Below are positions 10,438-20,335 of a stretch of 64,000 nt of DNA, one piece after another. Each line of letters opens with the position of its first letter. Position 1 is the first letter of the stretch. The position numbers and the translations under genes are program-made. The notes beneath the pieces are model-generated. The model saw nothing but the letters and a program-made list of their open reading frames with translations, was not told where the DNA came from and did no database searches. Source of the stretch: a virus (Duplodnaviria; Caudoviricetes). The stretch covers positions 32,001 through 96,000 of IMG/VR virus record IMGVR_UViG_2974623408_000001; one strand, given 5' to 3'.

Positions 10438-11039
10438 CTGAAATCAGTTACGTAGTAGTCGGAGATTCACGACGAGCACGACGTGCGTACAACTTGGCTG
10501 GTCGTCTTGGAGCGTCGGTTGCACTCGATCTGGAAGGCAAGTGGGGTCCAGGGATCAACCATCGTAGAGCCTGGATTCTCGGCAACACTGAGAAATGTGA
10601 CTGGATCGTGGTCATGGAAGACGACGCGATACTGTGCACCAATTTCTTAGAGAAGGCAGAAAAAGCACTCGTCGACGCCCCGACGGACATCGTGAGTTTC
10701 TATCTTGGCACCGGCTACCCCCTGCAGCATCAGAGTGAAATTCGCCGACGCGTGGCTATTGCGGACGAAACTGACGCTTCGTGGATTCAGATGCGCTCTA
10801 TGAATCACGCGGTGTGCATCGCAATGAAGCAAGAACTGGTCACACCGATGCTGGATCACGTGGCAACATCGCGAAAGCCCATCGACGAAGCGATCGGCAA
10901 ATGGGCACGCACACAGCAGATTCTTGTCAGCTATCCAGTTGAAAGTCTTGTGGATCATGCCGACGAGGAAACATTGATCAAGCACCCGGACGGAATTGCT
11001 CGGACAAAACCACGCAGAGCTATCAGATTTGCGGGTTAA
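10434..11039 (+). CDS. glycosyltransferase (GT25-like)
   Basis: NH.RAW, VVMEDDA, PIDEAI, SLVDHAD. Confidence 0.75.
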   Translation: MTEISYVVVGDSRRARRAYNLAGRLGASVALDLEGKWGPGINHRRAWILGNTEKCDWIVVMEDDAILCTNFLEKAEKALVDAPTDIVSFYLGTGYPLQHQSEIRRRVAIADETDASWIQMRSMNHAVCIAMKQELVTPMLDHVATSRKPIDEAIGKWARTQQILVSYPVESLVDHADEETLIKHPDGIARTKPRRAIRFAG

Positions 11040-11125
11040 AATGAAGTGATCACATAATAGACCCATAACTTAATACCTCGGACTTTCTAGTGCTGTCAGG
11101 CTAGAACGTTCGAGAGGAGAAGACC

Positions 11126-11626
11126 GTGGCCGACATTAACACCGTCGAGGGCGGTCTTTCTTTGTATGCGCGTGCCCAGGAAATTCTGGAGACTGTTGTC
11201 GACCAGGCGGCCGCGCACCTCTACGACATCCCATCACGTCAGTACGTGACCACTGGTGCCCCGGTGTACGACTGCGAGGCTGTGTCCGTTACCGTGATGC
11301 GCGTTCAAACAGGTAACAACGGACCTGAGACTGAACTGTTCGCGGCTGGACCAGGATGCGCTGTCGCATGGTCGATCATCGTTGAGATTGCGATCACGCG
11401 CTGCGCAACCGTGATGAGCCGCGGCGGAACAGTGTCAGCCGCAAAGCTGAACAAGGCGTTTGAAATCTCGTCGCGTGACACCCACCTGCTGCAGGAAGTC
11501 ATCGACGATCTTTTACTGAAATCGGTCGGTAACATGGGCGCACTCATTGTCCCTAACGAACCCAGCGGTGAGTTTGTGGCTACCGTGGCGCAGATCACAC
11601 TCAGTGCGGAGAGTGCGCCATGGTAA
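11126..11626 (+). CDS. putative tail terminator/neck protein
   Basis: Position, size, SD GAGGA. Confidence 0.55.
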   Translation: MADINTVEGGLSLYARAQEILETVVDQAAAHLYDIPSRQYVTTGAPVYDCEAVSVTVMRVQTGNNGPETELFAAGPGCAVAWSIIVEIAITRCATVMSRGGTVSAAKLNKAFEISSRDTHLLQEVIDDLLLKSVGNMGALIVPNEPSGEFVATVAQITLSAESAPW

Positions 11627-12033
11627 GCGTCTCGTACAGTTCCGATGCACGGTTGAACATCAACGACACAGAGTTCAACCGCTACTTCAATACTTGGCAC
11701 GGCCCTGTCGGTCGTGACCTTGCTCGACGTGGACAGAAAGTAGCGATGCTGGCGCGTGCAAGTGCTGGTATGAAGACAGGTCAGCTACGTGCCAGCATTG
11801 GCGTGATCTACAACGTACCAAAACCAGGTGTGTTGTCGCTCGATGTTGTCGCGTCCGCACCACATGCTGCGATTCATCACGAAGGTGCTGCGCCGCACAT
11901 CATCGTGCCGAATCGCGCACGATACTTGAGATTTGAATATCAAGGGAGGATTGTCTATAGAACAATGGTAAGACATCCAGGACATAGACCAAATCCGTTT
12001 TTAGCGAAACATATTAGAGAGATAATGAGATGA
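11620..12033 (+). CDS. HK97 gp10-like neck/minor tail protein
   Basis: KTGQLRASI, HEG..PH.I.P, V.HPG..PNPFL. Confidence 0.7.
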   Translation: MVSVSYSSDARLNINDTEFNRYFNTWHGPVGRDLARRGQKVAMLARASAGMKTGQLRASIGVIYNVPKPGVLSLDVVASAPHAAIHHEGAAPHIIVPNRARYLRFEYQGRIVYRTMVRHPGHRPNPFLAKHIREIMR

Positions 12034-12485
12034 GAAACAGACGCAAGTTTGGATCAAACATTCCACTTCCCGTCGAGGGTCTTGAGCTTGAGCTGAATGA
12101 TCAGGTATTCAAGGTTCGCGGTGAGATGTCAGGTGCGCGACTACTTAAGGTTGTTGCGGACATGGACGGCGACAACGAGGCAGCTTCGGCTCGGGCTATG
12201 CTTGAGTTCCTGGAGTCATCGTTCTTGTTGGAGGATCGTGAGCGAGGTATGGATTATCTGTACAACTCTGATCCGCCAATCGGCTTTGATACGCTTCAGG
12301 AAATCATCGAATGGTTGATTGAGTCGTACACAAAAAAAGCTACAGAACAGTCGCCACAGTCATCAGCTGGGCAGACAGTGAACACTGGTCCTACTATTAC
12401 GGAGCTGCCCTTAGAGACGGCATCGACTTACTCGGTCCCACCTGTAGAGCAGACCAGTTCATCGCAGTACTCATCAGCTACATAA
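12030..12485 (+). CDS. tail assembly chaperone (short form)
   Basis: Upstream of tape measure; slippery A AAA AAA G at 12332-12339. Confidence 0.8.
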   Translation: MRNRRKFGSNIPLPVEGLELELNDQVFKVRGEMSGARLLKVVADMDGDNEAASARAMLEFLESSFLLEDRERGMDYLYNSDPPIGFDTLQEIIEWLIESYTKKATEQSPQSSAGQTVNTGPTITELPLETASTYSVPPVEQTSSSQYSSAT

Positions 12486-12694
12486 CCGACAATGCGATGA
12501 AGACAAAGGAAGAGGCCCAGCAGTTCGAGAAGATTCACAAGATCATTCATGGTACGAATCTTCCAGAACTTGACACTGACGCCGGGCCGGGAGTACCACC
12601 TGAGCATAATGCTCCGGTGTACTCACCAGAGGAATTCCGAGCTCAACGAGATTTCGGAATTCCAGATGGCATCAAGGAGATGCCAGTAGGCTAG
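12030..12694 (+). CDS. tail assembly chaperone, -1 frameshifted long form
   Basis: -1 frame from 12338 is open (SYRTVATVISWADSEHW...) through the 12497-12694 ORF. Confidence 0.8.
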
Positions 12695-12707
12695 AGAGGA
12701 GGCACGA

Positions 12708-15700
12708 ATGGCGTCTAGGTTCGCAGCACGCGGCGTCAGCGTAGGTTCGGCTTATGTCGTCGTTCGTGCCCTAGTCAAGGATGCTAAGAAGGACATCACC
12801 AAGGGATTCCAAGAAGGATTCAAGGGTGCGTCCGAAATTGCTGAGCGTGAAGGTCAGAAATCTGGTAACAGATTCGCCCGTGCGTTCAGCAAAAACGCCA
12901 ACAAAGGCGTTGCTCAGTCTAGCAAGAAGCTGATCGAACTCAAGCGAAAGCTTGAGGAAGCTGATCTTGCGCTGGTTCGTGCCGGCGAAAAAGTCAACAA
13001 GATTCAACGTCAGATTACCAAGAACACTGACGACACAGCAAATGCTACTAGTGCGCTGAACGAAGCTATCCGTAAGGCGCAAGAGAATCTTGACGGGTAT
13101 ACTGGCAAGATCAAAAAAGCGACCCTCGCTCAGGAAGACGGTCGTATCGCTCTGGGTAGAGCGCGTGAAGAATTAGACAAGTTCAAGCGAACTAACCATG
13201 GCATTAAGTTCTTCGCAGCCGAGAACAACGTCAAAAAAGCTATCGCTGACATGGAGAACCTTGGCAAGAAGGCCAAGGAACTCGCGGTCAATCAGCGTGC
13301 GGCTGAGCTTGCTGTGCAGAAGAGCCGCGCTCGTCTGAAGAATCTCAAGGATGCTGGCGGAAAGCCAGGCAACCTAGACTACGACATCGCCGCCAACAAC
13401 GTTGACAAGGCTGTCGTAAAACTGGACAAGATCAAGAAGTCCATCAAGGACTTGACGATCAGCCAGGAAGCAGCGCGTATCGCGCTGAACAAAACCAAGG
13501 ATGCTCTCAACGGTCTGTCACAGACGCAGGACGGCATCAATCTTGCTGCTGCGCAACAGAATGTGGAAAAGCTTGAAGCCGCGTACGAACGACTTCAGGC
13601 GCAGCGTGAGAAGCTTGTAAACCAGGCTGAACGCGAGCGTGCTGCTGGTGTCGAAGGCACAGAAGCAGTCATCCGCGCGAAGAACAAACTTATTGCTCTG
13701 TCGGAAAAAGAAATCGACCTAGAGCAGAAGCTTCGCGATGCCCGTAACACGGTAAAGACTCGTGAAATCACAATCGGTGGCATCAAGTCTGACATCGCTG
13801 AGGCTGAGTCTAATCGCTCCGGTGAGCGTGCAGGTAGAATCTTTGCGAAGGCGTTCCTTACCACTGTTGGTGGTGGACTGCAGGCTATTCGCGGTACACT
13901 GAAGGCGTTGTCACTTCTCGCCACAACAGCGTTCATCGCGATGTCGGGGCAGGTTGCTGTCGCTGGCTTGACGACGATCATCGCTTCGTTGTCACAGATA
14001 GCAGGACTATTAGCAGGTCTGCCAGCGCTGGCTAATGCGTTCATAGCTGTGTTCGCTACTGGCGCCCTTGCCTTCTCAGGCATCAGTGACGCGTTCAAGG
14101 AAATGGGCAAAGAGCAGCAGAACGCTGCTCAGACTGCGAAAGCTGTTGCAGCCGCACAGCGTCAGGTTGTGTCTGCACAGCGTGCACTTGAGGATGCGCA
14201 CGAAGGTGTGGCTGACGCGATCGACGGTGTCACGGACGCTGAGATTGCTGCCGAACGTGCGCACCGCGACAAGCTTGAGGCGATCAAAGACCTCAGTGAC
14301 GCGTACAAGGAGGCCGAGGAACGACTAGAAGACCTTGACCTTCGTGTTCGTGGTGCCGCTCTCAGTGAAGAGGGTGCGGTTCTTCGTGTCCGTAGAGCCC
14401 GTGAGCGACTTGCGAACATGCCAGCTGGTTCGACTGCGTTGGACTATGACGAAGAGCGTCTCAACCTGCGTGAGGCGCTGCATAACCTTGATGAGGTTCG
14501 TGAGTCGAATGGTGATCTTCGTGAAGAGTACGCGAAGGCGCGTAAGGAAGGCGTCGAAGGTTCCCAGGAAGTAGCTGACGGTAAGAAGAAGGTTGCCGAC
14601 GCAGCTGAAGCTGAGACTGCCGCGCAGCGCAACGTTGTACAGGCACAACGTAATTTGGCGAACGCCCAGGAACGTGTCACCGAGGCAACCGAAGATCTTG
14701 CCGAGGCTATGCGCGGTGTTAGCGAGGCAGCTAACAGTGGTGGTGTCAACAAGTTCAAGGAAGCTCTCGACAAGCTTGCACCGAACGCTCGCAACTTTGT
14801 CCTGACTATCAAAGAACTTGTACCGCAGTTCAAGAACCTACGAAACATTGTGCAGAACAACATGTTCGCCGGGTTCTCTGAGGATGTTCGCAGTCTAGCC
14901 GGTCGTTACCTACCGATTCTTGAAACGGGAATGGGTAAGCTGTCGACGGTTATGAACCGTACGATCCGCGAGTTCGTCGGTGGATTTAACACAGACGAAG
15001 CAGCTGGAAACTTCGGTACGTTGCTGGACCGTATCAGCAACATGCTTGACGCCATGCGTCCGGGTCTCAACGCCTTCGGTGCTGCGTGGCGCAACCTGTC
15101 GATGATCGGTTCAGAGTTCCTGGGACGTTTGGGAATCAGCTTCACTGTCCTGATGCAGCGTTTCGAAATCTGGACACAAAACACCCAGAACGTCCGTAAC
15201 GTCATCGAACGCGCGATCCAGTCGACTAAGAGCTGGTTCGCTGCGATTGGCGCTATCGGCGGAGCACTGAACCACATCGGAAAGATCGCTCTGCAAAGCG
15301 GTCTCATGGATTCGATCTTCGGTATCGCACACTCGATGGAACGTGTGACGAAGAGCACCGAGGGTACACGCGCACTGACAGAGTTCTTCACTAACGCTGG
15401 CGTAGCAGCGAAGGCTCTGGAACCTGTGTTCGGCAAGCTTCTGCTGTTGATCTCTGACATTGGTGGAAAGCTGGCTTTGCTCGGTGCTGACATGGCACCT
15501 GGATTCACTGTGTTCTTGCAGGGAATCCGAAACGTGTTGCTGGAGATCAGCCCTGCGCTGGAAAAGCTTGGTCCGATGTTCAGCGACGTGTTCGCTGCTG
15601 TGGGCGAACAGGGACCAGCTATCGGTCAGGCGTTGAACTCGTTGCTTATCGCGTTTGCACCATGGTTCAGCATCATCTCGGTGCTTGCACGTACACTTCT

Positions 15701-18700
15701 ACCAACCGTAGCCAAAGTGATCGAAGCAATGGCTCCGGTCATTTCTGCGCTCGCTCCTGTGATTATCGGCCTTGTTGTGGCGTGGAAAGCCTACAACATG
15801 GTGCTTGCAATCAACACAGCACTGAACCGCACCGCCGCTGGTTCGTGGATTGCGTCGAAGATTGCGCTGGGTCTCAAGACTGTGGCCCTCGGTGTTGCCA
15901 AGGTGGCTTTGATCGTCTACAACGCCACTTTGGGTAAGGCAATCCTAGCGGCTCGTTCGTTCACAACATGGATTGGGTACAAGAAGGCCGCAATCCATGC
16001 ATCCACAGGCGCAACAAACATCAGCACCGCGGCGATCATCCGTCAGACGATCGCTGAAAAAGCACGCGCCGTAGCGACAAAGATTTCCACAGCTGCACAG
16101 TGGGCTCTCAACACCGCGATGCGCGCTAACCCGATCATCTTGATCCTGTCGCTGATCGTGGCGCTGGGTGCTGGTCTTGTACTACTGTACAAGAAAAATG
16201 AGACGTTCCGTAATATCGTTCAGGGTGCCTGGAGAGGTATCAAGAACGTCATTGGCGGAGTCTACAACTGGTTGAAGGACAACGTCTTCCCAGTTCTCAA
16301 GGCTGGCCTGGAGGCTATCGGTAAGGCAGCCAAGTGGCTGTGGGAGAAGGCTATCCAGCCAGCGTTCAAGGCGTTGAGCAAGGTTGTCGACTTCGTCAAG
16401 GAACGCTGGAAGCTGTTCGCGGGTATTCTACTCGTGGTCACCGGGCCAGTCGGCTGGCTGATCGGCCTTGTCGCGTTGCTGGTCAAGAACTTTGACAAGT
16501 TCAAGCCTGTACTTGCCGCTGTGGGTAACGCCATTAAGTGGTGGTGGCAGAACATCACTATGCCTGCGCTCAAGGCTATCGCCGCGATCTTTAAGTGGGC
16601 GTGGGACAGCGTCATCAAGCCAGTCTTCAACGCGCTGGTATGGTTCATCAAGAATGTAACCATTCCTGTAATCACGTTCTTGTGGAAGAACGTGATCTCG
16701 CCTGCGTTCAAGGCTATTGGTGCTATAATCGAGTTCGCGTGGAACAACGTTATCAAGCCAATCTGGACTGTTCTTGTTTGGTGGATCAAGAACGTAATTG
16801 TTCCTGCGGTCATGTGGCTGTGGAAGAACATCATCGAACCGGCGTTCAAAACCATCGGTGCGATCATCAAATGGGTTTGGGAAAATGTCATCAAGCCTGC
16901 TTGGGAATCGCTAACTCTTACACTCGACGCACTTGGTAAGTTCTTCAAGTGGGTGTGGGAAGAGGTTATCAAGCCTGCGTGGGACGGACTTGGTAACGGT
17001 ATCAGCTGGGTTATCGACAACGTTATCGTTCCTGCGTTCAACTGGTTGAAGGATCGTCTCGACGACGTAAAGGAATTCTTCAAGACCACAGTCGACGGTA
17101 TCGGTAAGCTGTGGGATGGCTTGAAGAGTCTTCTTGCCAAGCCTCTTCGCTTCTTTGTCGACAAGGTTTACAACCCGGTCATTGCTGGATTGTGGAACAA
17201 GGTTGCTGACATTGTTGGCATCGACAAGAAGCTTCCAACAGTCGATCCGAACTCGATGAACTTCGCCAAGGGCGGAGTGTTCAAGACTGGCGGAGTCACA
17301 CCTGGGTACACACCAGGTCGAGACGTCCATCAGTACGTGTCGCCGACTGGCGGACGACTTGCGTTGTCCGGCGGCGAAGCGATCATGCGTCCGGAATGGA
17401 CACGTGCTGTTGGTGGTCCTAAGGCTGTCGCACAAATGAATAAGGCTGCCATTCGCGGTGCGAAATGGCAGAAGATGCAGAAGGACATCCAAAAGGAACA
17501 CGGATACGCTAAGGGTGGCGTGTTCGGCGCTCAGCGCTACGCGATGGGTGGTGTTACACCTCGTGAGGCACAGCAGCTTGGTGGAGCCGCGATTAACACC
17601 TCGCTGTGGCGAACAATCAAGGGAGCCTTCCCTAGCGCTCAATTGAACTCGGGTATGACCGACCACTTCGTCGACAACGGATACCACCCTCGTGGTGCCG
17701 CTATCGACATTGGTGGTCCAAACATGCTGGGCATGAACCACTGGATTTTCGACAGACTGAAAAACCAAACAGCCCAGCTGATCCACGCTCCTGTACCTCC
17801 AGCGCGAGTTGTGTTGAACTCTGCGCTATCTGGTCGTATTCCACACACTGACCAGGCTGGTATCGCTGCAGCCTACGGTGGCAACCCAACACTTGGTGGT
17901 CACGGTAACCACATCCACTGGGCTGCGGACGCACCAATCTCTGAACGCCCTGACGGTAGCTTCTACAGCACCGCAGGATACCAGCTTGGTGGTATCGGCG
18001 CTCAGGCTGGTGGTGGCATCCTGGGTGCCGTCATGCAGACGATCAAAGACCAAGTGATCGAAACGTTCACAACGCCTCTGCGTGCAGCAATCAACGCGAT
18101 GCCAAACGCCAAGGCACCGTACGCTCAGCTGCCTAAGAAGATGGCCTCGAAGATGGCCGACGGTCTGATCAACAAGGCCGAGAAGGAAGGCGAAAAGCAG
18201 GACGCTGCAAATCCTTCAGGCTCAGGAATTGGTGCAGGATTCCAGAGCTGGAACGGTCCAGCAGACGCGAGTGTTGTTGCGAAGGTACAGAAAGCGTTCG
18301 CTGAAGCTGGCTGGGGCGAGGGTCCTGAGTGGGAAGCTGCTAAGTGGATCATCGGTAAAGAGTCGACTTGGAATCCAACAGCTGTTAACCCGTCGTCGGG
18401 AGCTTGGGGTCTGTTCCAGTTCCTAGGATCGACGAAAGATTCGTACTACCCAAGTAACGATCCTGATCCGTACAAGCAGGCGCAAGCTGGTGCCCGGTAC
18501 ATGCGTGATCGTTACGGTAGCCCGACAAAGGCTAAGGCGTTCTGGGAAGCCAACGGTTGGTATGACCGTGGTGGAATAATCAAGCCAGGCAAGACACTCG
18601 TCAACAACGAGTCTGGAAAACCAGAAGCGCTGTTGTCGAACAGCCAGTGGGCGTTGATGCGCAAGCAGGCTGACAATAACGCTGAGCAGCTAAAGCAGAA

Positions 18701-19373
18701 CGAGGAAGAAAAGAAGGACGAAGAGCAGAAGAAGCTCGACGACGACGCTGATAAGAAGGACGAAGAGAAGAAGACTGAGGAGGAGAAAAAGCAGGAGGCT
18801 GAGGAGAAGAGAAAGCAGGCTGAGGACGAAAAGAAGTCCAAGGAAGAAGAAGCCAAAAAGCTCCGCGACGAAGCCCGCAAGAATCCTACAACTGAAAACC
18901 GTATGCTGCGTGGTATCAAGCGTAACCAGCTTGACTGGGACGCCGCAAACCATTGGGCTGAAACAACTTTGCCTCAGCAGGGACTTGACTATGCTCGCGA
19001 AACAACTAAGGAAATCGCGGGTCAGTTCCTTGAGCCACTTGGTCTTGAAGGAATCGTTGGCAAGCTGATCGATCTCGGCTTTGAAGCGAACAAGCCAAAA
19101 GACCAGAACGGCGAAAACAGCGACGGCTACAAGAGCGAATACGGACCATCTGGTGTTGAGGACGACGCAGCAACGTCACGTGACCCAGCGAACAACGCGA
19201 ACCCTAAGGACGATCCAGCCAAGAAGGACGACAAGAAGAATCAGCCTGTAGAGCCAAACAAGGTCGCAGACACGATCCAGTTCTTCGGTATGGACCCCAA
19301 GAAAGTCATGGAAGAAATTAGACGTGAACAGAATAAGCGTGCTGCGTACACATCACGCTATGTGAGAGGGTAA
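12708..19373 (+). CDS. tape measure protein with C-terminal peptidase-like and lytic transglycosylase domains
   Basis: 2221 aa; coiled coils, Trp-periodic repeats, KESTWNP.A.NP.SGAWGLFQF (SLT), H..G.AID...H.NHIH. Confidence 0.95.
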   Translation: MASRFAARGVSVGSAYVVVRALVKDAKKDITKGFQEGFKGASEIAEREGQKSGNRFARAFSKNANKGVAQSSKKLIELKRKLEEADLALVRAGEKVNKIQRQITKNTDDTANATSALNEAIRKAQENLDGYTGKIKKATLAQEDGRIALGRAREELDKFKRTNHGIKFFAAENNVKKAIADMENLGKKAKELAVNQRAAELAVQKSRARLKNLKDAGGKPGNLDYDIAANNVDKAVVKLDKIKKSIKDLTISQEAARIALNKTKDALNGLSQTQDGINLAAAQQNVEKLEAAYERLQAQREKLVNQAERERAAGVEGTEAVIRAKNKLIALSEKEIDLEQKLRDARNTVKTREITIGGIKSDIAEAESNRSGERAGRIFAKAFLTTVGGGLQAIRGTLKALSLLATTAFIAMSGQVAVAGLTTIIASLSQIAGLLAGLPALANAFIAVFATGALAFSGISDAFKEMGKEQQNAAQTAKAVAAAQRQVVSAQRALEDAHEGVADAIDGVTDAEIAAERAHRDKLEAIKDLSDAYKEAEERLEDLDLRVRGAALSEEGAVLRVRRARERLANMPAGSTALDYDEERLNLREALHNLDEVRESNGDLREEYAKARKEGVEGSQEVADGKKKVADAAEAETAAQRNVVQAQRNLANAQERVTEATEDLAEAMRGVSEAANSGGVNKFKEALDKLAPNARNFVLTIKELVPQFKNLRNIVQNNMFAGFSEDVRSLAGRYLPILETGMGKLSTVMNRTIREFVGGFNTDEAAGNFGTLLDRISNMLDAMRPGLNAFGAAWRNLSMIGSEFLGRLGISFTVLMQRFEIWTQNTQNVRNVIERAIQSTKSWFAAIGAIGGALNHIGKIALQSGLMDSIFGIAHSMERVTKSTEGTRALTEFFTNAGVAAKALEPVFGKLLLLISDIGGKLALLGADMAPGFTVFLQGIRNVLLEISPALEKLGPMFSDVFAAVGEQGPAIGQALNSLLIAFAPWFSIISVLARTLLPTVAKVIEAMAPVISALAPVIIGLVVAWKAYNMVLAINTALNRTAAGSWIASKIALGLKTVALGVAKVALIVYNATLGKAILAARSFTTWIGYKKAAIHASTGATNISTAAIIRQTIAEKARAVATKISTAAQWALNTAMRANPIILILSLIVALGAGLVLLYKKNETFRNIVQGAWRGIKNVIGGVYNWLKDNVFPVLKAGLEAIGKAAKWLWEKAIQPAFKALSKVVDFVKERWKLFAGILLVVTGPVGWLIGLVALLVKNFDKFKPVLAAVGNAIKWWWQNITMPALKAIAAIFKWAWDSVIKPVFNALVWFIKNVTIPVITFLWKNVISPAFKAIGAIIEFAWNNVIKPIWTVLVWWIKNVIVPAVMWLWKNIIEPAFKTIGAIIKWVWENVIKPAWESLTLTLDALGKFFKWVWEEVIKPAWDGLGNGISWVIDNVIVPAFNWLKDRLDDVKEFFKTTVDGIGKLWDGLKSLLAKPLRFFVDKVYNPVIAGLWNKVADIVGIDKKLPTVDPNSMNFAKGGVFKTGGVTPGYTPGRDVHQYVSPTGGRLALSGGEAIMRPEWTRAVGGPKAVAQMNKAAIRGAKWQKMQKDIQKEHGYAKGGVFGAQRYAMGGVTPREAQQLGGAAINTSLWRTIKGAFPSAQLNSGMTDHFVDNGYHPRGAAIDIGGPNMLGMNHWIFDRLKNQTAQLIHAPVPPARVVLNSALSGRIPHTDQAGIAAAYGGNPTLGGHGNHIHWAADAPISERPDGSFYSTAGYQLGGIGAQAGGGILGAVMQTIKDQVIETFTTPLRAAINAMPNAKAPYAQLPKKMASKMADGLINKAEKEGEKQDAANPSGSGIGAGFQSWNGPADASVVAKVQKAFAEAGWGEGPEWEAAKWIIGKESTWNPTAVNPSSGAWGLFQFLGSTKDSYYPSNDPDPYKQAQAGARYMRDRYGSPTKAKAFWEANGWYDRGGIIKPGKTLVNNESGKPEALLSNSQWALMRKQADNNAEQLKQNEEEKKDEEQKKLDDDADKKDEEKKTEEEKKQEAEEKRKQAEDEKKSKEEEAKKLRDEARKNPTTENRMLRGIKRNQLDWDAANHWAETTLPQQGLDYARETTKEIAGQFLEPLGLEGIVGKLIDLGFEANKPKDQNGENSDGYKSEYGPSGVEDDAATSRDPANNANPKDDPAKKDDKKNQPVEPNKVADTIQFFGMDPKKVMEEIRREQNKRAAYTSRYVRG

Positions 19374-19376
19374 GAC

Positions 19377-20333
19377 ATGCCTGTTCTAGGACCATCAGCG
19401 GGACACCAAGTCCGTATGCAGCTGATTCGACGTGATCGCACGCCGAACAGCCCTACCTACGGTCAGAACCTGAAGACAATCGAAGTATACGGAGACGCAA
19501 CAGCTGACGGAGTCTGCCTGATGAAGGGCTTCTCCGGCCTGATGCACGCACCGCGATCACACGTCAAGGATTCCTGGGCTTACCAGGAGGGTGTGACTTT
19601 GTCCGACTTCCCGCGTGTCGATGAACGCATTGTGGACCTGAAGCTGGCCACAAAAGGGAAGTCCCCGCAGGATTGGGAGAACGTCGAGTCAAACCTGTGG
19701 GACGTTCTCGGGTTCAAGGAGGACGCCGTATTACGCGTTACTTTCAACGGCAAGAGCCGTGAACTGAACGTCCGTCTGGAACGTAAACCTGATGACGCGA
19801 TGGACTACTTTCCAGGTGAAACCAAATACATGATCTGGAATATCACTCTGATCGCCTGCGACCCGTGGTGGTACTCAAACACTCTATCTAGCTCATGGAC
19901 TCGCGGTGCAACCGTTGCTGACGGTTCAGGTTGGTACAACGGTGCCGTCAACATCATCAACCCTGCCGATCAGGACTGCTGGCTAGAGTGGTCGAACCGT
20001 GAGATCACCGTGGCTGAGCAGTGGAAACTCCCTGACGCCAACGCGAAATACCCTACCGGCCACGTGAACGCGGGCCAGCAGGTAATGCACACACTTCCCA
20101 ACTTGGGTGTCGGTAAGTCCTTCCTGGTGCAGACACATCCACTGCGGGAAACCTTGATGGTAATGGACAATTCACTGGAATGGGCCAAGATGCGAGCCGA
20201 AGATTTTGTGTTTCCACTTGCAGCGAAGACGAACAACCCGATCACGGTTCCTGTCGCGCTCAAGGGTGGTACCACAGACTCTAAGGTCACCGTGTTCATG
20301 GTGCAGCGACACGATAGACCTTGGGGTGACTAA
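19377..20333 (+). CDS. distal tail (Dit)-like minor tail protein
   Basis: Directly after tape measure; LIACDPWWYS motif. Confidence 0.75.
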   Translation: MPVLGPSAGHQVRMQLIRRDRTPNSPTYGQNLKTIEVYGDATADGVCLMKGFSGLMHAPRSHVKDSWAYQEGVTLSDFPRVDERIVDLKLATKGKSPQDWENVESNLWDVLGFKEDAVLRVTFNGKSRELNVRLERKPDDAMDYFPGETKYMIWNITLIACDPWWYSNTLSSSWTRGATVADGSGWYNGAVNIINPADQDCWLEWSNREITVAEQWKLPDANAKYPTGHVNAGQQVMHTLPNLGVGKSFLVQTHPLRETLMVMDNSLEWAKMRAEDFVFPLAAKTNNPITVPVALKGGTTDSKVTVFMVQRHDRPWGD

Positions 20334-20335
20334 TC

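Noticed and set aside
16200-17200. Periodic ATCAAGCC/TGG repeats
   Set aside because: Normal Trp-periodic coding repeats of the tape measure protein.
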